From: Candidatus Methylomirabilia bacterium
GTDB lineage: Bacteria > Methylomirabilota > Methylomirabilia > Rokubacteriales > CSP1-6
Length of the DNA stretch: 19,887 nt
Direction: 5' to 3'
Assembly: GCA_046758965.1 (NCBI GenBank)
Contig: JBHIBG010000047.1
Span: 1-19,887 of the forward strand
Shown: positions 14,798-19,887 of the stretch, piece after piece
Layout: every line of letters begins with the position of its first letter
Numbering within the stretch: the stretch's first letter is position 1
Notes under the pieces: model-generated
Told to the model about the DNA's origin: nothing
Databases searched by the model: none
What the model saw: only the letters and a program-made list of their open reading frames with translations
Position numbers and translations under genes: made by a program

Positions 14798-16849
14798 ATG
14801 GCGGGAATACGGCTCGGGGTCGACATCGGGGGGACGTTCACCGACGTCGTGCTCCTGGACGAGGGGACCGCCGAGCTCACCGTCGCCAAAGTGCCCAGCC
14901 TGCCCGACGACCCGCCGGGTGCGCTGGTGGCTGCCGTGCTGCGGGCGATCGGCCGAGCCGGGGTCTCGCCCGACCTGGTGACGCTGCTCAGCCACGGCAC
15001 CACCATCGTGACGAACGCGGTGCTGGAGGGCAGGCTGCCCCGGACTGCCCTCGTCACCACGGAGGGCTTCCGGGACATCCTCGAAATCGGCCGCCATCTG
15101 AGGCCCGACATGTACGACCTCTTTCAGGACAAGCCGATCCCGATTGTTCCCCGGGACCTCCGGTTCCCCGTCAGAGAGCGCATCGCGCCGGATGGGACGG
15201 TGCTGCTTCCCCTCGATCCGGCCTCGGCCCGGATCGCGGTGCATGCGGTGGCGGCAGCCGGGGTGGAGGCCGTGGCAGTCAGCTTCTTGCACGCCTACGC
15301 TAACCCGGATAACGAGGCCAGGATGAAGGCCGCTCTTGCCGCTGCCCAGCCCGGCCTCTATCTCTCCGCCTCCTCGGAGATCTGCCGGGAGATCCGAGAG
15401 TTCGAGCGGATCGGCACCGTGGCCCTGAATGCGGCTGCCATGCCGGTGGTGGCCCGATACCTCGACGTGCTGCGAGAGCGAACAGGAGAGCTGCTCCCGA
15501 AGGCCCAGGCGCTCTTCATGCAGTCGAACGGGGGCTCTATGACGGTCGGGGCCGCCAGGCAGGCCCCGGTGCATCTCATCTACTCCGGTCCGGCGGCCGG
15601 CGTGCTCGCGGCCCAGTTCATCGGACGGCTCACGGGTCGAGAGAATGTGCTGGGCTTCGACATGGGAGGGACGAGCACGGACATCTCGCTGGTGCACCGC
15701 GGGGCGCCCCGCATGACCACGGAAGGGGGAGTCGGCGGGCACCCGGTGAAGGTGCCGATGCTGGACGTCCATACCATCGGCGCGGGAGGCGGAAGCGTGG
15801 CGTGGCTCGACTCCGGCGGAGGACTCCAGGTCGGACCGCGGAGCGCGGGGGCAGACCCAGGCCCGGTCTCCTATGGCCGAGGTGGCACGGAGCCGACTGT
15901 GACCGATGCCAACCTGGTGCTAGGCCGCCTGGACCCGGACCGGTTCCTTGGAGGTGAGATGCCACTGGACCGGGAGGCGGCCCTGGCTCTCATCACTGAG
16001 AAGATCGCTCTCCCCCTCGGGGTTGACACGATCGCCGCGGCCTCGGGCATCATCCGAATCGCCAATGCCAAGATGGAGCGAGCGCTCAGGGTCAGCTCCG
16101 CCGAGCGCGGCTACGATCCCCGGGAGTTCACCCTGGTCGCCTTCGGCGGCGCGGGGCCGGTCCATGCGGGGGCGCTGGCCAAGGCGGTGGGGTTCCCATG
16201 GGTGCTGGTGCCGGAGGCCCCGGGAGTCTTCTCGGCTCTGGGGCTCCTGGTTGCCGACATCCGCCACGACTTCGTGCGAAGCTACGTGGCCCGCGCCGAT
16301 CGGGTGGCCCCCGCCACGCTGGCCGCCATCTGCGCCGAGCTCGAGGCGGTGGGGTCCGATGCGCTGAGGGACGATGGGATCGACCCGGAGCGGTGGATGC
16401 TCCAGCGGACGGCCGACCTGCGTTATCTGGGCCAGGCCTACGAGGTCAACGTGCCGGTGCCGGCCGGGATCCTGGATGCGGCGGCGGTCGCGGAGGTCGT
16501 CGGTCGCTTTCACGCCGAGCACCAGCGCCTCTACGCTCACAGCGCTTCGGGCGACCCGGTGGAGTTCGTCAGCCTGCGGATCGCGGCTGTGGGCCCTGTG
16601 GTCCCGCCGGCTCTCCGCCAGCGGCCGGCGCGGCCTGTGGCCGCGCCGACAGGTCGCCGGCCGGTCTTCTTCGAGGAGTCGGGCGCCTTCGTGGACTGCC
16701 GGATCTATGATCGGGCGACGCTGGGGCCTGGGGTGACGCTGACCGGCCCGGCGATCGTCGAGCAGATGGATTCCACCACGGTCGTGCATCCGGGGCAGGT
16801 CGCCACCGTGGACGGCTGGGGAAACCTGCTCGTCGCCGTGGGGGGCTGA
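14798..16849 (+). CDS. hyuA: Hydantoinase A / 5-oxoprolinase family, ATP-binding subunit
   Basis: GVDIGGTFTD, HGTTIVTN, TTEGFRD, FLHAYANP, REFER, MQSNGG, SGPAAG, DMGGTSTD, IGAGGGS, PTVTDAN and AFGGAGP.H. Start moved to ATG 14798 behind strong RBS GGAGGAGG; 683 aa. Confidence 0.93.
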   Translation: MAGIRLGVDIGGTFTDVVLLDEGTAELTVAKVPSLPDDPPGALVAAVLRAIGRAGVSPDLVTLLSHGTTIVTNAVLEGRLPRTALVTTEGFRDILEIGRHLRPDMYDLFQDKPIPIVPRDLRFPVRERIAPDGTVLLPLDPASARIAVHAVAAAGVEAVAVSFLHAYANPDNEARMKAALAAAQPGLYLSASSEICREIREFERIGTVALNAAAMPVVARYLDVLRERTGELLPKAQALFMQSNGGSMTVGAARQAPVHLIYSGPAAGVLAAQFIGRLTGRENVLGFDMGGTSTDISLVHRGAPRMTTEGGVGGHPVKVPMLDVHTIGAGGGSVAWLDSGGGLQVGPRSAGADPGPVSYGRGGTEPTVTDANLVLGRLDPDRFLGGEMPLDREAALALITEKIALPLGVDTIAAASGIIRIANAKMERALRVSSAERGYDPREFTLVAFGGAGPVHAGALAKAVGFPWVLVPEAPGVFSALGLLVADIRHDFVRSYVARADRVAPATLAAICAELEAVGSDALRDDGIDPERWMLQRTADLRYLGQAYEVNVPVPAGILDAAAVAEVVGRFHAEHQRLYAHSASGDPVEFVSLRIAAVGPVVPPALRQRPARPVAAPTGRRPVFFEESGAFVDCRIYDRATLGPGVTLTGPAIVEQMDSTTVVHPGQVATVDGWGNLLVAVGG

Positions 16850-16853
16850 GCCA

Positions 16854-18542
16854 ATGGGTGTGGATCCCATCAGCTTCGAGGTCTTTCGCCACGCTTTGGT
16901 CGGGGCCGCCGAGCAGATGTCGGCGATCATCTGGCGGACCTCCTTTTCCACCGTCATCCGCGAGATGCTGGACTTCTCCACTGCCATCTTCGACCGAGAA
17001 GGACGGATCGTGGCCCAGGCCTGCCGGATTCCCGTCCATCTCAACTCCATGTCCCGCTCTCTCCGCACGACCATCACCCGGGCTTTCCCCGTGGAGAGCC
17101 TGGGCCCAGGTGACATCGTGCTCATGAACGATCCGTACTGGGGGGGCCAGCACCTGCCGGACTTCCAGACCTTCATGCCGGTTTTCGTCGACCGCGAGCT
17201 GGTGGCCATCTGCGGGAGCCTCGGCCACCATCTGGATGTGGGCGGCATGCGGCCGGGGAGCTACGCGGGCGATGCCACGGAGATCTACCAGGAGGGACTC
17301 CGCATCCCCCCCATCAAGATCGCCGAGGGCGGGCGCCTGAACCCCCGCCTGATCGATCTTATCGCAGCGAACATCCGCCAGCCCGAGAAGACCCTGGGCG
17401 ACCTCCGGGCCCAGACCGCTGCCCTGGAGGTTGGGGCTCAGGCCGTCGTGGAGCTGGTCGAGCGATACGGGGTCGGCACCTTCCGGGAGTATTCAGACGA
17501 GGCCATTGCCAGCTCCGAGCGACGCATGCGCGCCTGTCTCAGGGAGATCCCTGCGGGAACGTACACTGCGGAGTACTTCGTAGACGACGACGGGGTGGAC
17601 AACGAACTGGTCCGTGTGGCGGCGCGCGTGGTCGTCGGAGAGGGGGAGGTGACGGTGGACTACACCGGATCCTCCCCCCAGCGCCGCGCCCCGATCAACG
17701 CCACGCTTGCGTCAACCGAGTCGGCGACCTACTACGTGATCATGGCGATCGCCGACCCGACCATCCCGTCCAACTACGGGTGCTACGAGCCGATCCATCT
17801 CATCGCTCCTGAAGGAAGCGTGGTGAACGCCGCGCCCCCGGCGCCCGTGGTTGGCCGGATGGCGATCTCCCACACGATCACGAATCTCCTCCTGGCCGCG
17901 TTCTCAGAGGCTCTTCCGCATCGCGTGACGGCAGCCTACTACGGCATGTCCAACGTCCACACCTTCTCAGGCGAGAGCGGAACGGGCAAGGGCTGGATCT
18001 TCCTGGACATCGAGGTCGGCGGATGGGGAGCCCGGCCAACCAAGGACGGCCTGGACTGCTACTCGCAGGGTGTCCACAATCTTGCCAACACGCCGATCGA
18101 GATGGTCGAGTCCGCCTACCTGCTTCGCTTCCACCGCTACGAGCTCCTGCCGGACTCGGGCGGAGCGGGCCGCTTCCGGGGTGGGCTCGGGGTCGCTCGT
18201 GACATCGAGTTCCTCGACGAGCGCGGTTCGCTCAACACCCAGTTCGACAAGTTCGAGGTCTCGCCGTTCGGGCTCTTCGGCGGCGGCCCCGGGGCCCGCG
18301 GCCAGCTCTTGCTGGAGTCCAACGGGAAGACGGAGTTCCTTCGCTCGAAGACCGTCAACCGGCAGCTCAAGCGCGGCGACATCCTCCGAATGCGCACACA
18401 GGGCGGTGGGGGGTACGGGGATCCGCGGCAGCGCGACCCCGGCCTCATCCTCCAGGACCTGCGGGAAGGGAAAGTGACCCCGGACGGAGTGCGGAGGGAT
18501 TACGGGCTAGACCCCCACGCTCTCCGGTCTCACCCCGCATAG
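16854..18542 (+). CDS. hyuB: Hydantoinase B / 5-oxoprolinase family subunit
   Basis: S.VIRE..DFS, IPVH, NDPY.GG.HLPD, HHLDVGG..PGS, EIYQEG..IPP, GDLRAQ, NTPIE, DSGGAGRFRGG and GGGGYGDP. Starts 4 bp after hyuA. Confidence 0.94.
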   Translation: MGVDPISFEVFRHALVGAAEQMSAIIWRTSFSTVIREMLDFSTAIFDREGRIVAQACRIPVHLNSMSRSLRTTITRAFPVESLGPGDIVLMNDPYWGGQHLPDFQTFMPVFVDRELVAICGSLGHHLDVGGMRPGSYAGDATEIYQEGLRIPPIKIAEGGRLNPRLIDLIAANIRQPEKTLGDLRAQTAALEVGAQAVVELVERYGVGTFREYSDEAIASSERRMRACLREIPAGTYTAEYFVDDDGVDNELVRVAARVVVGEGEVTVDYTGSSPQRRAPINATLASTESATYYVIMAIADPTIPSNYGCYEPIHLIAPEGSVVNAAPPAPVVGRMAISHTITNLLLAAFSEALPHRVTAAYYGMSNVHTFSGESGTGKGWIFLDIEVGGWGARPTKDGLDCYSQGVHNLANTPIEMVESAYLLRFHRYELLPDSGGAGRFRGGLGVARDIEFLDERGSLNTQFDKFEVSPFGLFGGGPGARGQLLLESNGKTEFLRSKTVNRQLKRGDILRMRTQGGGGYGDPRQRDPGLILQDLREGKVTPDGVRRDYGLDPHALRSHPA

Positions 18543-18563
18543 CCCCACTCCGGGTCCAGTCGC

Positions 18564-19811
18564 GTGTCTCAACGAGCAGTCGTGATCGGGGGCGGCGCCA
18601 TTGGCGTAGCCTCCGCCCACTACCTCAGCCACTCTGGATGGCAGGTGACGGTCATCGAGAGTGGAGAGGTCGGACGAGGCTGCTCCTACGGCAACGCGTG
18701 CCTCATCGTTCCCAGTCACTCGCATCCACTTCCCGGACCCGGGGTGATCAAACAGGCGATCCGCTGGATGCTGCAGAAAGAGAGCCCCGTGTATGTCAGG
18801 CCTCGCCTCGACCCAGGGTTGCTCCGCTGGAGCTGGAAGTTTCAGCGCTTCTGCCGCCAGGAGCCGGCAGAGCGAGGGTTTCACGCGCTGCTGGAGCTCA
18901 GCCGCGCGAGCCTCGAGCTCTTCGAAGATCTGGTGCAGGCCCACCGCCTCGACTTCTTCTACCAGCGCAAGGGGTTGCTCCACGTCTACCTCTCCGAACA
19001 GGGGATCACCGAGGCCCGGCATGAGCAGGAGATGCTGGAACGGGTCGGGTTTCAGGTCAGACTCCTTTCCCGGCAGGAGACGCTGGAGTTCGAGCCGGCG
19101 CTCAGCGCGCGGGTCCGGGGTGGCCTGTTGATCGAGGGGGAGGCGCACGGCAACTCCTTCGGGTATGTCCGGGCCATGGCTTCGGCGCTGGAGAAGCGCG
19201 GGGTGAGGCTCTCCACCGGCCAGGCGGTCTCCCGAATCCTGGTGCAGCGAGGCAAGGTGGACCGGATCCTCACCGCCTCGCCCGAGGGGGAGATCCCGGC
19301 CGATCTCGTGGTGCTGGCCGCGGGATCCTGGACGCCCGCGCTGGCGAGACCGCTGGGCATTCGCATCCCGCTTCAGCCGGCCAAAGGCTATAGCTGCACC
19401 ATCGACCGCTACCCAGGATCGCCCAGCATTCCGGTCATGGTGCACGAGAGGCGGATCGCTATCACGCCGCTGGACACCCGCCTCCGCTTCGGGGGGACAC
19501 TCGAGCTGGCCGGTTACGACCTCGGTCTCAACGAGACCCGCTATCGCGCGGTGGTGAACGCTGCCCGGGAGGTCCTGAAGGTTTCACTTCAGCTGAAAAA
19601 CGAGGAGGCCTGGTGCGGCCTCCGCCCGCTCACGCCCGATGGCCTGCCGATCATCGATCGGGCGCCTGGCATAGACGGCCTCCTCGTGGCCACCGGGCAC
19701 GCGATGTTAGGGTTCACCCAGTCGCCGATCACCGGCAAGCTGGTGGCCGAGCTGGCCAACGGCGAGACCCCCTCGGTGTCCCTGACGCCGTTCCGCCTTG
19801 ACCGCTTTTAG
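18564..19811 (+). CDS. dadA: FAD-dependent D-amino acid dehydrogenase (DadA/DAO) family oxidoreductase
   Basis: VIGGGAIG, CSYGNA, VLAAGSW, QPAKGYS, RLRFGGTLE, WCGLRPLTPDG.P and ATGHAMLG.TQSP.TG. GTG start; substrate not determinable from sequence. Confidence 0.85.
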   Translation: MSQRAVVIGGGAIGVASAHYLSHSGWQVTVIESGEVGRGCSYGNACLIVPSHSHPLPGPGVIKQAIRWMLQKESPVYVRPRLDPGLLRWSWKFQRFCRQEPAERGFHALLELSRASLELFEDLVQAHRLDFFYQRKGLLHVYLSEQGITEARHEQEMLERVGFQVRLLSRQETLEFEPALSARVRGGLLIEGEAHGNSFGYVRAMASALEKRGVRLSTGQAVSRILVQRGKVDRILTASPEGEIPADLVVLAAGSWTPALARPLGIRIPLQPAKGYSCTIDRYPGSPSIPVMVHERRIAITPLDTRLRFGGTLELAGYDLGLNETRYRAVVNAAREVLKVSLQLKNEEAWCGLRPLTPDGLPIIDRAPGIDGLLVATGHAMLGFTQSPITGKLVAELANGETPSVSLTPFRLDRF

Positions 19812-19887
19812 CCTGTCCATGCGCTCCCCAACCCTCTGGCGCCGGACAAAACATAAAGTCCGCCGGCGGGAAGCGGCGTTGAGGATG

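Noticed and set aside
53..19445. Many long antisense or alternate-frame ORFs (e.g. 668-1621 +, 3216-4181 +, 8284-9267 +, 12494-13408 +, 15920-17248 -, 18507-19445 -)
   Set aside because: They are shadows of real genes caused by high GC and codon bias, and carry no recognisable motifs.
19843..19887. Hairpin CGGAC-N10-GTCCG and terminal GAGGATG after dadA
   Set aside because: A 5-bp stem without a U-tract. The final ATG might begin another gene but cannot be assessed at the window edge.

Overview
GC-rich bacterial window with no RNA genes, mobile elements or CRISPR arrays that I can support. The minus strand from about 13400 down to 158 carries one tightly coupled 11-gene operon for methylamine/C1 metabolism through the N-methylglutamate (NMG) pathway. 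In transcription order it reads: RpiR/MurR regulator, mgsABC (glxBCD, three-part NMG synthase), a stand-alone DUF1116 (YlbE/AllG/YahG-like) gene, a heterotetrameric sarcosine-oxidase-family NMG dehydrogenase in the non-canonical order delta-alpha-gamma-beta, formate-THF ligase (fhs), and type III glutamine synthetase-like gmaS/glnT. A sigma70-like promoter and a palindromic operator candidate overlap the regulator start. Upstream lies a Zn-ribbon class I SAM methyltransferase, then a divergent plus-strand operon: hydantoinase/oxoprolinase A and B subunits plus a DadA-family FAD oxidoreductase. Most notable are the DUF1116 gene embedded in the NMG operon without its usual partners, the Cys-complete Fe-S motifs in the alpha subunit, a gamma subunit that looks like a duplicate of the alpha folate-binding domain, and a possible lactam salvage role for the neighbouring operon. 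All family calls come from motif recognition; no database search was run.
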